Assembly: GCA_050015055.1 (NCBI GenBank)
Contig: JBEKCD010000018.1
Span: 85-64,084 of the forward strand
Length of the DNA: 64,000 nt
Origin: Candidatus Bathyarchaeia archaeon
Lineage (GTDB): Archaea; Thermoproteota; Bathyarchaeia; Bathyarchaeales; Bathycorpusculaceae
Direction: 5' to 3'
Under the pieces are notes generated by a model. It was not told the DNA's origin. It searched no databases and saw only the letters and a list, made by a program, of their open reading frames with translations. Shown here piece after piece: positions 50,778-59,863 of this stretch (positions are counted from its first letter, which is position 1; each line of letters starts with the position of its first letter). Position numbers and translations under genes: made by a program.

Positions 50778-52208
50778 ATGCAAGAGAAAATGGAGACGGT
50801 CCTTTCAACCGTTCTGGAACGAGTCACGCCAAAAGATGATGAACGCTCCAAAATGAACGCGCTGGCCAGGAAACTGGAGATGAAAGTTGCTTCTGCATCG
50901 AAGCGTTTGGGTGTGAAAGCCACAGTGCGAGTGGAGGGGTCGTTTGCCAAGGACACGTGGCTGAGCAGTGAACTGGACATCGACGTTTTCATGCGGGTCC
51001 CTCGTTCGATTCCGAGAGAATCACTGGGCGACGTTTGCCTAAAGATTGCCAGAAAGGCAACGGAAGGTTCAATGCAGATTGAGAGGTTTGCTGAACATCC
51101 GTATCTGGAGGCCATAGTTGAAGGCGTCAGAGTGAACGTTGTGCCATGCTACGCTGCCAAACGTGGGGAATGGCTGAGCGCCACTGACAGAACACCATTC
51201 CACACTGACTATATTAACAAGCGTTTGGACAGACCGATGCGGAATGAAGCGCGCTTGCTGAAGAAGTTCATGAAAGGCACCGGCGTGTACGGTGCAGAGA
51301 TTAAGATCGGCGGTTTCAGCGGTTACCTCTGCGAACTCTTAATCCGGCATTATAAAACCTTCACAAAGACGTTGGAAGCCTTCGCCAAAAGCAAACAGAG
51401 AATCATCGTGGACATCGAGAAACACTACGAAAACAGAGAGAATGAACTCTTTCGTCTCTTTGATGAACCACTGGTTATCGTGGATCCGGTAGATAGGGCA
51501 AGAAACGTGGCTTCTGCAGTACAGACACAGAAGCTCCACAGCTTCATAGCCGCGGCACAAGCTTTCCTGAGAAAACCGAACATTGAATACTTCTATCCGC
51601 GGAAGACGACCGCACTTAGCGCGGAGGAAATGAAAAAGGGATTGAAGAATCGTGGCTCGAAAATCGTCTTTGTGGTTTTCAACGGCGTCAACGCCGTACC
51701 CGACGTGTTGTGGGGCCAACTCTACAAGAGCCAACGTTCTCTCCGCAAGCTTGTGCAACTGAACGACTTCAAGATCTTGCGAGACCTTGCATGGAGTGAC
51801 GAGAAAAACTCAAGCATGTTCATATTCGAACTTGAAGACTGCTGCATTTCGCATGTCAAGAAGCACTTGGGACCGCCGTTGGACAAGGAGAAGGAATCAG
51901 AAAAATTCGTTATGAAATATGTGGACAGCAAGGACACGGTTTGTGGGCCCTATGTGGAGGATGGCAGATGGGCTGTCTTGGTTAGGCGGAAATCTACTGA
52001 TGTCTGTGATCTGTTCAGGCAGAGGTTAAAGGATGGGGGAAGAAGCGCAGGTGTGGCTGAGGGAATCTCGCAGGTTCTCAAAAAAAGTTTCAGAGTTCTA
52101 GTTAACGAGGAAATTGCTGAAGTCTACCAGACCAACGGCGAGTTCGCCATGTTTTTGACGGAGTTCTTGCAGGGCAAGCCTAAATGGTTAGAACCCCGGT
52201 CAGCGTGA
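50778..52208 (+). CDS. cca: CCA-adding enzyme (archaeal class I tRNA nucleotidyltransferase)
   Basis: 'VEGSFAKDTWLSSELDIDVF' polymerase-β NTase motif, 476 aa. Confidence 0.85.
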   Translation: MQEKMETVLSTVLERVTPKDDERSKMNALARKLEMKVASASKRLGVKATVRVEGSFAKDTWLSSELDIDVFMRVPRSIPRESLGDVCLKIARKATEGSMQIERFAEHPYLEAIVEGVRVNVVPCYAAKRGEWLSATDRTPFHTDYINKRLDRPMRNEARLLKKFMKGTGVYGAEIKIGGFSGYLCELLIRHYKTFTKTLEAFAKSKQRIIVDIEKHYENRENELFRLFDEPLVIVDPVDRARNVASAVQTQKLHSFIAAAQAFLRKPNIEYFYPRKTTALSAEEMKKGLKNRGSKIVFVVFNGVNAVPDVLWGQLYKSQRSLRKLVQLNDFKILRDLAWSDEKNSSMFIFELEDCCISHVKKHLGPPLDKEKESEKFVMKYVDSKDTVCGPYVEDGRWAVLVRRKSTDVCDLFRQRLKDGGRSAGVAEGISQVLKKSFRVLVNEEIAEVYQTNGEFAMFLTEFLQGKPKWLEPRSA

Positions 52209-53457
52209 GAACGATTAGAGTTATTCCGAGTATCCATGTGTAGAATGCGAAGTAATGGAATCTCTTGCTCCTCACCAAGTTTGAGACGATTCTTATCGCT
52301 ATGTAGCCCGTAACCGCGGCTAGAACCACGCCGACCAACAATGTTGTGGAATTTATGTTTTGGAGGGCGAATTGACCGCGATTATGGTATGCTTCAAAGG
52401 CCGTGTCTCCTATTATCGCGGGGATTGAGAGAAGGAATGAGAACCTGAATGCTTTTTCTCTTTTCAACCCCAGCAGCAGGGCGGTTGAGATAGTGGCGCC
52501 GCTTCTGGACAGGCCTGGAAAACTCGCTAGTCCCTGAGCGACACCCATGATGAACGCTATCAAAGGGGTTATGGTGCCGACGTTTTCTTTTCCAAGTCTA
52601 GAAGTGTAAAGCCATGTAGCACCGACTAGGAACGTCACGCCGATTATGAACAGTGTTTGGAAAGTTTGTTCGAGGAATTCGGCGTAAAGCACCCCGATTA
52701 TTCCTGTGGGTATAGTTGCCACGACTATGAGCGGTATGAGCCGACCATATTCTGACGTGAAGTCCAGATGCACCAAGGCCACGAGTATGTCCTTGATGTC
52801 TTTTCTGAAGTAAAAAACGACCACTATTAGAGTTCCGAGATGAAGGGTCACATCCAAGAGTGGCGTAACTTCCAAGTTCATCAAGTGCTGAGCTATTTTC
52901 AGGTGGGCAGTGCTCGAGACGGGCAGCCATTCTGTCAGGCCTTGGATTATGCCCAGTGGAACTATTTCGAGAATGCTCACATTTCCTATTGCAAAATAGA
53001 CTGTCGTGGAGGAAGCCATAATGCCAGCAGTGTCATTGGCATAAACGACGATGGAATGCGATCCTTCGGCGAGGTTGGCCAAAGTCGTATTCACAAGTGT
53101 CGTGGTGTTTGACTGTCCGTCCAAACTGTAGCCGGCCCATGAGATAGATGCATTCACCGTGAACGTCAAAGATAGTGTCGACACTGTGAACGTCGTGTTT
53201 CCGGGCGACAAAATCGAGACGTTTAAAGCAATCTCGTTTGAAGTTAGAAAAGTCGCATGAGGCGACTCCGCACTTGAGGCAACAGCCCCAACGCAACTTG
53301 CACGACCGCTGCCTGCGAACAGCATCAAACCGAAAATGAGCGTACAAACTGACAACAAGAGAACCGGTCGCGCAGCCTTTTGACAGGCCGACCTGATCTG
53401 TTTGAGCCTCAGAGCTTTGCACAATTTCAGGTTTCTCTTACGTGCTACGGGTGCCAA
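52180..53457 (-). CDS. uppP: Undecaprenyl/dolichyl-diphosphatase (UppP/BacA) fused to a roughly 170-aa N-terminal sequon-rich extracytoplasmic domain
   Basis: C-terminal 'GLTEWLPVSSTAHL' BacA motif. The N-terminal part has a transmembrane segment and seven N-x-S/T sequons. Confidence 0.7.
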   Translation of the reverse strand: MAPVARKRNLKLCKALRLKQIRSACQKAARPVLLLSVCTLIFGLMLFAGSGRASCVGAVASSAESPHATFLTSNEIALNVSILSPGNTTFTVSTLSLTFTVNASISWAGYSLDGQSNTTTLVNTTLANLAEGSHSIVVYANDTAGIMASSTTVYFAIGNVSILEIVPLGIIQGLTEWLPVSSTAHLKIAQHLMNLEVTPLLDVTLHLGTLIVVVFYFRKDIKDILVALVHLDFTSEYGRLIPLIVVATIPTGIIGVLYAEFLEQTFQTLFIIGVTFLVGATWLYTSRLGKENVGTITPLIAFIMGVAQGLASFPGLSRSGATISTALLLGLKREKAFRFSFLLSIPAIIGDTAFEAYHNRGQFALQNINSTTLLVGVVLAAVTGYIAIRIVSNLVRSKRFHYFAFYTWILGITLIVLTLTGVLTI

Positions 53458-53577
53458 GTTGATCCTCCGAATGGCCGTTTCGGATTAGTTTTAAGAGATA
53501 GTGAAGATAAGTTGTTTATACGCGTGGTGGTGTTGTCAGTGAGTGAGTATCCTCTTGGAAGTGCCGAAGACCGAAAA

Positions 53578-54084
53578 ATGCTTTCTTCTATACCTACAGA
53601 AAGGTTGCTTGATTACCTGTTCCTTCAAACCCGAAACCTGTGGAGAGTTGACGGACTATACTTTCGGGGCATCGAGAAAAAGTTCGGCACAGAGGCTGCA
53701 ACAGAGATTGATGCCGCTGTTTGGGAAGCCATGGCTGGAATCGAAGCCAAGAGCCTTCAGAAAATGTTCAAAGTCGGAGAAAACCCTGACGTGGCCAAGA
53801 TACTGGAACTCCTGCAGAAGTCAAGCTGGGCTCTGGATCAACCCTTCAAGACCACCGAAATAAACAATGAACATGCAGTTCTCGGCGTAGGCAGGTGCAG
53901 AACCCAAGAAACCCGTCTAAGCAAGGGATTAGGCGAGTTCCCATGCAAGAAAGTACGGTTTGACTACTTGAGAAATTTCGCAAAGACACTGAACCCGAAA
54001 GTCGAGGTAAAATGCCAAGTCTGCCCACCCGACAAACACCCCAAAGACTCATGGTGCAAATGGGAATTTGTATTACAGATTTGA
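53578..54084 (+). CDS. Hypothetical Cys-containing protein (possibly ATC-hydrolase-like fold)
   Basis: Start chosen at M67 to avoid overlap with uppP. C-terminal 'GVGRCR...PCKK...NPKVEVKCQVCPP...CKWEF' cysteine pattern. Confidence 0.35.
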   Translation: MLSSIPTERLLDYLFLQTRNLWRVDGLYFRGIEKKFGTEAATEIDAAVWEAMAGIEAKSLQKMFKVGENPDVAKILELLQKSSWALDQPFKTTEINNEHAVLGVGRCRTQETRLSKGLGEFPCKKVRFDYLRNFAKTLNPKVEVKCQVCPPDKHPKDSWCKWEFVLQI

Positions 54085-54111
54085 CAGTTTGCACCATGTT
54101 TTTAGCGTCAG

Positions 54112-54516
54112 CTACTTCCTCTTTCGAAACAACATAATGTCGTCTTTCTGGCACACGTATTCAAAGCCTGTTTCAAGGAGTTTCCTTGCGTCCTCCACTG
54201 ATTTGGCAATTGCAGAGTGGTATTCATCACCTTCAAAGTCGATGAGATGCGTATAGACCAAGGTGCTTTCTATGTTTCTGTGACCAAGCAAGTCCATTAC
54301 ATGCAGTATGTTTTTGGTTTTCTGATATTCCATTGTGGCTTTCCAATGTCGCAGCGTGTGAAAGTGTATCTGCATGATTCTTGGGTTCGCAAGCTTGTTG
54401 GCAACTTTCTTTCTTGTGGCGCAGAATTGGTTTTCCACGTGATTATAGATAGGCATTCCAAAGCGCGCGCGGAGGGTGCATCTGCGGATCAACTGTTGCC
54501 AGAGTTGTGAAGCCAT
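54112..54516 (-). pseudogene. Tyrosine recombinase/integrase, C-terminal catalytic fragment only
   Basis: Box II 'HTLRHWKAT...LLGHRNIESTLVYTHL' (His-x-x-Arg, His, Tyr) is present, but the N-terminal box I Arg region is absent. An upstream ORF (54489..54863) runs into it in another frame. Confidence 0.6.
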
Positions 54517-54885
54517 CTGACTTCAATTCTGCAGTGATTGCGGTCAGCCACTTTCTGGTTTGAACTGCATGATGCTGCAGCAGAACATCCGAAACGAGGT
54601 CTACGCAGATTCTTCTCGGCCCCTTCAGCGAAGGGATCTAGACTGCGAATTGCTGAAGTCAAAGTGATGCTTATGTCGGTGAGGTTTTCGACACCCTTTA
54701 ACGTGAATATGTTGGGTGAACTCTTGACAGTTGCATCCGCTTGAGGGTTGCAGACAAAGAGGTAGAAGTTTGACTGAAACTCATTCGCGAGATTCTTTGC
54801 TACACTTGGGTCTAGCAACGAAATATTTTTAAGCTTACTAATAGTTAAACCCTTTCTTAGCAAAATCTAAGAGGAATGAAAAACA

Positions 54886-56244
54886 ATGTTGTTAGATGAC
54901 ATAATTCTCGTACTAGTTCCTACAGTAATCATTGCGATAGCTGTCATTGTCATATTGTTATACTTCATATACACAGTGGTAAAACCCTCGGAAGCGCATG
55001 TTGTTGTTACACAAGGCAAAGGTAGAAAACTGTACACTTCCAGACCAAATGAAAAAAGTTCTTATTGGTATGTTCCGTTGTGGATGAAAAGAACAATTCT
55101 TCCATTGGGAATTGTAAAGCTACAAATAGAAAATATATCTCTACGGGATAGCGATATGGCAAAGTTTCTTGGTGACGTGCGTGTATGGCTTAACATAGAG
55201 AACCCTGAATTAGCCGCAGAAAAATTGGGTACTGGAGATTACACTCAAACTCTGACTACAGACGTAAAAGATCTTATAGAATCCATTACTAGAAACGAGT
55301 CTATGAAAATGGATGTTATATCTATAATGAGAGATAGAGCCAAATTTAGTACCACAGTTAGAGATGAAATCAAGCCAGTTCTTCTTGGAGAATGGGGAAT
55401 CAAAATTGCAGATCTGGAAGTTATACACTTCAAGGATTTGGATCCATACCACGTCATAGCAGATATAGAGGAAAGACAAGCAAAGGTCATAGAAGCAGAA
55501 ACTAGAAAGCAGGTAGCTGATCAGGAAAAGGATGCCGTTATATCTGAGCAAAGATCACTTCAAGACAGAGAAACTCAGAAAGCTCAAGCAGAACAGGCGT
55601 ATAAATCTGCTCAACTAGAAGCGCAGAAGCAAATTGGAATAGCAGATCAGCAAAGAGCGGAAGAAATTGCGAAGGCTACGATGGATGCTAATAAACAGGC
55701 AGTTGAGTCTATGAGAGCTTTAGATGTTGGTACTGCTGAAGTAGGTGCCCAGGCAGTAGTCAAGACAGCAGAAGGAGCTGCGAATGCAGTGAAAACCAAA
55801 GCCGATGGTGACGCTCAAGCAATCAAGTTGACAGGCTTTGCTCAAGCAGACGTGAATCAAGCACAACTGTTTGCGACAGCTGCTGGTACAGAGAAACAAG
55901 CAAATGCATTGAAACTCTATAATGATGCAGGTTTGTCTATAGAAATTATCCATGCAACGTTGCAATCGCAGATAGCAAAGTGGGCGGCTCTTGGCGATGG
56001 ACTTAAAGTAGCAAAAATTAGCATTGTTCAAAGTGGAGAAAGTCAAATCTTTGGTATTCCGCTGAGTGCAGAAGTTGGTGCAGATATTGGTATGATGATT
56101 AAGGCGCTTGAAGCACAAGGAGTAGATGTTTCTAAAGTTCTAGATGCACTTCCGATAGGTTCTGTAGCTAAAGAAGCAATAAAAGCCAATCTCGCAAAGA
56201 ATATTGTCAAGCAAGCAAACCAAGAGACAAAGAAGGCGAAGTAA
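54886..56244 (+). CDS. SPFH/band-7 (flotillin-like) membrane protein with a long Ala/Gln/Lys-rich coiled-coil C-terminus
   Basis: N-terminal transmembrane helix, SPFH core, then an extended 'EAETRKQVADQEKD...AQAEQAYKSAQLEAQKQ' coiled coil as in FloT/YuaG. Confidence 0.75.
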   Translation: MLLDDIILVLVPTVIIAIAVIVILLYFIYTVVKPSEAHVVVTQGKGRKLYTSRPNEKSSYWYVPLWMKRTILPLGIVKLQIENISLRDSDMAKFLGDVRVWLNIENPELAAEKLGTGDYTQTLTTDVKDLIESITRNESMKMDVISIMRDRAKFSTTVRDEIKPVLLGEWGIKIADLEVIHFKDLDPYHVIADIEERQAKVIEAETRKQVADQEKDAVISEQRSLQDRETQKAQAEQAYKSAQLEAQKQIGIADQQRAEEIAKATMDANKQAVESMRALDVGTAEVGAQAVVKTAEGAANAVKTKADGDAQAIKLTGFAQADVNQAQLFATAAGTEKQANALKLYNDAGLSIEIIHATLQSQIAKWAALGDGLKVAKISIVQSGESQIFGIPLSAEVGADIGMMIKALEAQGVDVSKVLDALPIGSVAKEAIKANLAKNIVKQANQETKKAK

Positions 56245-56245
56245 G

Positions 56246-56536
56246 ATGACAGAGAACCCTGACATAATAGATATAAAGAAGCTCAGTCCGTTTGCGCAAA
56301 CGCTTCTCAGCATCTACGCCAAGACAACTGGAACTAATAACAATGAGAAGGTTTTGGAAGAAGCTCTCTTTGGAATCTATGAGCTTAGAAAACAGATAGA
56401 CGTGACACGCGATCCTAAGATATATCCACAGGACGCGCAAGCTTTGATGAAACAGGTAAAAGCAGTCTTTGCAAGGTTCGAGCGTTGTGGAGATCCAATG
56501 AAAATGTTGCCTGCAGATTTAACTAGCAGCTCATAA
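56246..56536 (+). CDS. Small soluble hypothetical protein immediately downstream of the flotillin-like gene
   Basis: ATG lies 1 nt after the flotillin stop. 96 aa. Confidence 0.35.
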   Translation: MTENPDIIDIKKLSPFAQTLLSIYAKTTGTNNNEKVLEEALFGIYELRKQIDVTRDPKIYPQDAQALMKQVKAVFARFERCGDPMKMLPADLTSSS

Positions 56537-56575
56537 ATCCCTATTTTTGTCGCTATGATTATCAGCGGAGTGTGA

Positions 56576-56935
56576 CTGAGGCTGAGGAGAAAGAACGGCG
56601 GAATAATCATTCCAATAATCGCAATCGTAATTATAGTTCTCTTTGTAATTGTGGTTGTTGCATATATAGAAAGCGAAAATGCAAGAGAATCACAAATCTC
56701 AGATTTTAAAGAGTTCGTTGCTGATCACAACTATCCGTTACATATGGGTTCAGTTTCGTACAGTAACGTTGTAACACTGGGAATTAGTGCTTTTGAAGAG
56801 AAGTGTACTACGTTGTCTACTGAAGCAAACTTTGAGATAATACAACAAAATACACATACTTGGCTGATATTTCCACAGACAAAATTCAGTGTTGTAGATA
56901 CACAGACTAACACTGTTTATCGATGGGTGGTGTAA
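56576..56935 (+). CDS. Small N-terminally membrane-anchored protein (NfeD-like position; start codon uncertain)
   Basis: The open frame from 56576 encodes the transmembrane helix 'GIIIPIIAIVIIVLFVIVVVAY' followed by a roughly 90-aa domain. The annotated GTG at 56651 would cut through the transmembrane helix. Confidence 0.3.
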   Translation: MRLRRKNGGIIIPIIAIVIIVLFVIVVVAYIESENARESQISDFKEFVADHNYPLHMGSVSYSNVVTLGISAFEEKCTTLSTEANFEIIQQNTHTWLIFPQTKFSVVDTQTNTVYRWVV

Positions 56936-57093
56936 CTTTGGACAGATGCCCAATTGGTTGGCATTGTTTGCATTTTACAGGAAACAGAAGGACTGTAATC
57001 CGTAAAGTGACAGATCACGGAAAATTTGGCAAAGAAGTACACGAGCAATTGTATGCGGAATAAGCAAAGGTGACGCAACCTCCAGTTATATGA

Positions 57094-57205
57094 CTTGTGG
57101 AAGACTCTTCAGTTGAAATCGTGACTATTAGAAAGCAAAAGAGAGCTAAGTCAAGGTTTTTCCGTTCCACACTTTCGCCATAGCTCTCCCTCTTTTTCTA
57201 TTAAC
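57094..57205 (-). repeat. Copy A of a roughly 110-bp promoter/leader-like sequence (orphan: no CDS downstream)
   Basis: About 75–80% identical to 59533–59640, including the 'tcaRttgaaatcgtgac' core and an A/T-rich TATA-like segment. Confidence 0.5.
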
Positions 57206-57250
57206 CCTCTTTCAGCTTGACTAGAGCCTTCTGGAATGCATGGCTTAGGC

Positions 57251-57463
57251 TTACTTTTTCCCGATAGCTATTAGACCAATGCCGAGTAACTGAATTGACA
57301 CACCAACAATAATGAAACCCAAATCTCTTTCACGATAGATGTCTATCTCATTATTCAAAGCAAAGGCGTAATATATTGCAAGAAGCAAACCCAAGAATAC
57401 GAGAACTAAGCCCAAGATTGCTACATATTGCCATTGTCTAGTATTCTGAGAGTTCATCTGCAT
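57251..57463 (-). CDS. Small two-transmembrane membrane protein
   Basis: 70 aa, two hydrophobic helices. Confidence 0.3.
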   Translation of the reverse strand: MQMNSQNTRQWQYVAILGLVLVFLGLLLAIYYAFALNNEIDIYRERDLGFIIVGVSIQLLGIGLIAIGKK

Positions 57464-57587
57464 TCAGTTCAAATCAGTTTGAGACAGTCTTCAGATATCT
57501 GTCTTTAAATAATAACCTTTTTGTCTTCCGTTGCTGTGCAGATTAAAGATTTCTGCATGGCATGGCTCAAACTGGAAAAAGAGAGTG

Positions 57588-59501
57588 TTAGGTTGTTCTT
57601 GTTTGTCTCTTCTTGTACATCATAGCTGTCAATAGTGTTGCTATCAAGAATAGTGGTAGAATTAGGAATGGTGGAAACTCTGGTGCTATGAGTATCTGTT
57701 CTGTTGAATGTTTGTAGGTGAAGTACAGATAGGTGTTCGTGCTGTTGGATTCTGGCAGTAGGTTGTACGGTACTTCTGTTCCGTTGACAAAGACTGTATA
57801 GGTTCCATTCATGAGGTCTGTTGGAATGCAGATTCTGCAAAAGCCCTTTGTTCCGTTCTCGCCAGTAACGTTGAAGCTTATAGCGGTACCGTTGAACTGG
57901 AAGTTGGATATTGTGGAATTGCAGATGGTTTCAACCGAACACTGTGAGGTGACGTTGAAGCTGTTGAACATGCCCATCAGTGGATAATGGTCAACGTTGT
58001 TTACATCGATGACGTATGGTGTGCCTCCTATGCCGTCGTGATTCGAGTCTGTGCCGTTGTAGTCGCTCCAGTAGTTTCCGCCAGAAGGGAAGCCGTTATC
58101 CCAATAGTTTGTTGAAATCCATCCTGAACTTAGGATAGCAGGAGAGGCTTCACCCGAAAATACGTTTTTGTCATTATTTATGAATGAGTTGTGGATAAAA
58201 AGATTCAAGTTTGAATGGTACAGCCAAGTCCCATAAGTGCCGTTGCATAGCACACAGTTCTCAACTGTGTTATTGCTTGATTCAAAAAAGTCCAGATTAC
58301 CCCAGTACAAAGGCTTTCCATCACTTAGAATAACACGGTTGCCTCCAAGCGTCAAGTTGGTCAGAATGCAGTCAATCGATCCTGCAAGAATCATTCCATC
58401 CTTGTTTCCAACCAGATCCAAGCCCCTGACAGTTGCGTTGCTGCAGTTGACAAGAGCCAGATAACCAGCGTTTGGGCAGCTTGACGGATCAAGATCCAAG
58501 CCACTGCTATTTGTTAGGTAGTATATTCTCTTGCCGTTCGCAAGGTTGGAAGAGTCTATATCCTGCATGAAAGATGATAAGCTATCCCCCCAGACAAAGA
58601 GGTTATTCTGCAAATTCGTCAGGTTATTCCTTCGAAAGACATTTGTGAAGCTTCCTTGCTGCAAACCCAGATTTGCACTGAACTCGCCATAAGCACTGAT
58701 GTCCAGATTTATCATCGAATTGTTTGCCACAATATTTCCTTCGAGCATGTTGTCTGAAGGAACGAGCCCTGTGATTATGTTTGGGGCCAAATCAATGCCT
58801 GTCTGCCCGTTTTCTACTGTGTTGTTGATGATTTGGCAGTAGTGCGTGTCACCGTCAAGGTTTATTCCCATCGTACAGTTTTGGATGTGATTATCATTGA
58901 CCGTGACGTTGGTGCAACTGTAGCCTATGTCTATTCCATAGCCGTCCATGTTCGAGACGTCGTTGTTGCTAATATTCGCTTGAGACGCGGAGAAGCTGAT
59001 GCCTTTGTCAGCGTTCTGAAGAGTGTCGTTCTCGACGTTAGTATAGTTAAGGTTCACCAAAGGAGAGAAAACGCAATCGTGAAAGTCAGAATGCCCTTTG
59101 CCGAATCCAGCGTTTCTTACTGTGAAGTTCAGGATGCTTACATCGTTGGCTTCTATTGCGATTATTACACTTTCGGAAACACCGCCAAAAGGGTCGTGTA
59201 CTAATGATCCAGTCCAGTTTCCGTCGATGATTGTGATGTTTCTGTCTTCTCCGACAAGCGTCAGCGACTTGTTTACAGTAATGGACTCGTAGTAGGTTCC
59301 AGCGTCAACTTTTATCGTGTCTCCATTCAACGTCTGATTTGCGTCTATTGCTTCCTGAATTGTAGAATAGTTCATACCCGTATTGAGATCGTGGACAGGC
59401 AAACTGCTTGATGCTTTGGTTTCAGTTTGGCTGAACCTTGAATAAGAAAAGCAAGACAGCAACAGGACTAGGCACAGCACAAGAAGCAATTTTCCTTTCA
59501 T
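57588..59501 (-). CDS. Secreted right-handed β-helix (NosD/pectate-lyase-like repeat) surface protein with a PEF-CTERM sorting signal
   Basis: Start reassigned to the signal peptide 'MKGKLLLVLCLVLLLSCFS'. Repeated 'N..V..N.I..' β-helix rungs. C-terminus 'APEFPPFLILPLFLIATLLTAMMYKKRQ'. Confidence 0.75.
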   Translation of the reverse strand: MKGKLLLVLCLVLLLSCFSYSRFSQTETKASSSLPVHDLNTGMNYSTIQEAIDANQTLNGDTIKVDAGTYYESITVNKSLTLVGEDRNITIIDGNWTGSLVHDPFGGVSESVIIAIEANDVSILNFTVRNAGFGKGHSDFHDCVFSPLVNLNYTNVENDTLQNADKGISFSASQANISNNDVSNMDGYGIDIGYSCTNVTVNDNHIQNCTMGINLDGDTHYCQIINNTVENGQTGIDLAPNIITGLVPSDNMLEGNIVANNSMINLDISAYGEFSANLGLQQGSFTNVFRRNNLTNLQNNLFVWGDSLSSFMQDIDSSNLANGKRIYYLTNSSGLDLDPSSCPNAGYLALVNCSNATVRGLDLVGNKDGMILAGSIDCILTNLTLGGNRVILSDGKPLYWGNLDFFESSNNTVENCVLCNGTYGTWLYHSNLNLFIHNSFINNDKNVFSGEASPAILSSGWISTNYWDNGFPSGGNYWSDYNGTDSNHDGIGGTPYVIDVNNVDHYPLMGMFNSFNVTSQCSVETICNSTISNFQFNGTAISFNVTGENGTKGFCRICIPTDLMNGTYTVFVNGTEVPYNLLPESNSTNTYLYFTYKHSTEQILIAPEFPPFLILPLFLIATLLTAMMYKKRQTRTT

Positions 59502-59532
59502 AACAAAAAGCCTGTCAAACTCCCGCTTAAAT

Positions 59533-59640
59533 CTTGTGACATTGAAAGAATCCTCAATTGAAATCGTGACCGTTAGAAAACGAAAAAGTTGCCAAATCAA
59601 GCGTTTTTCTGTCTTACGCTTTCGACATATTCTTTTTAAG
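59533..59640 (-). promoter_or_regulatory. Copy B of the 110-bp repeat: promoter/5' leader of the β-helix PEF-CTERM gene
   Basis: Lies 32–140 bp upstream of the start at 59501. The TATA-like element is 'cttaaaaagaatatg' on the coding strand. Confidence 0.45.
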
Positions 59641-59863
59641 CCAGTTTCATTCGTCCATTTATGAGAAGAAAACGGTCATGTGAAGACGGACTTCGGGAGA
59701 CATCTCCACCATAGGGTGCAAATGGGAATTTACACTGTGACTTTCGGAATTTACATCCTAGCGCGCGTTTATCTCTGATGAGTTGAAGAAATTTATATTG
59801 GCACGCGCTAGCGAAGTGTACACCCAGGATGGCTATTTGCATGAAACGCGCGTGGTGGCAATC

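Larger units (their letters stand above)
54112..59750. mobile_element. Putative integrated-element remnant / low-GC genomic island
   Basis: Visibly AT-richer codon usage than the flanks, bounded on the left by the integrase fragment. Cargo is the SPFH protein, small ORFs and the PEF-CTERM β-helix protein. No flanking tRNA or clean att site was found. Confidence 0.35.

Noticed and set aside
54517-54885. Expected a tRNA gene or att site next to the integrase fragment
   Set aside because: No cloverleaf-compatible sequence or GGTTCGAATCC-type T-loop was found by eye. Only short hairpins (for example cccttcagcgaaggg) are present. The integration target therefore remains unidentified.
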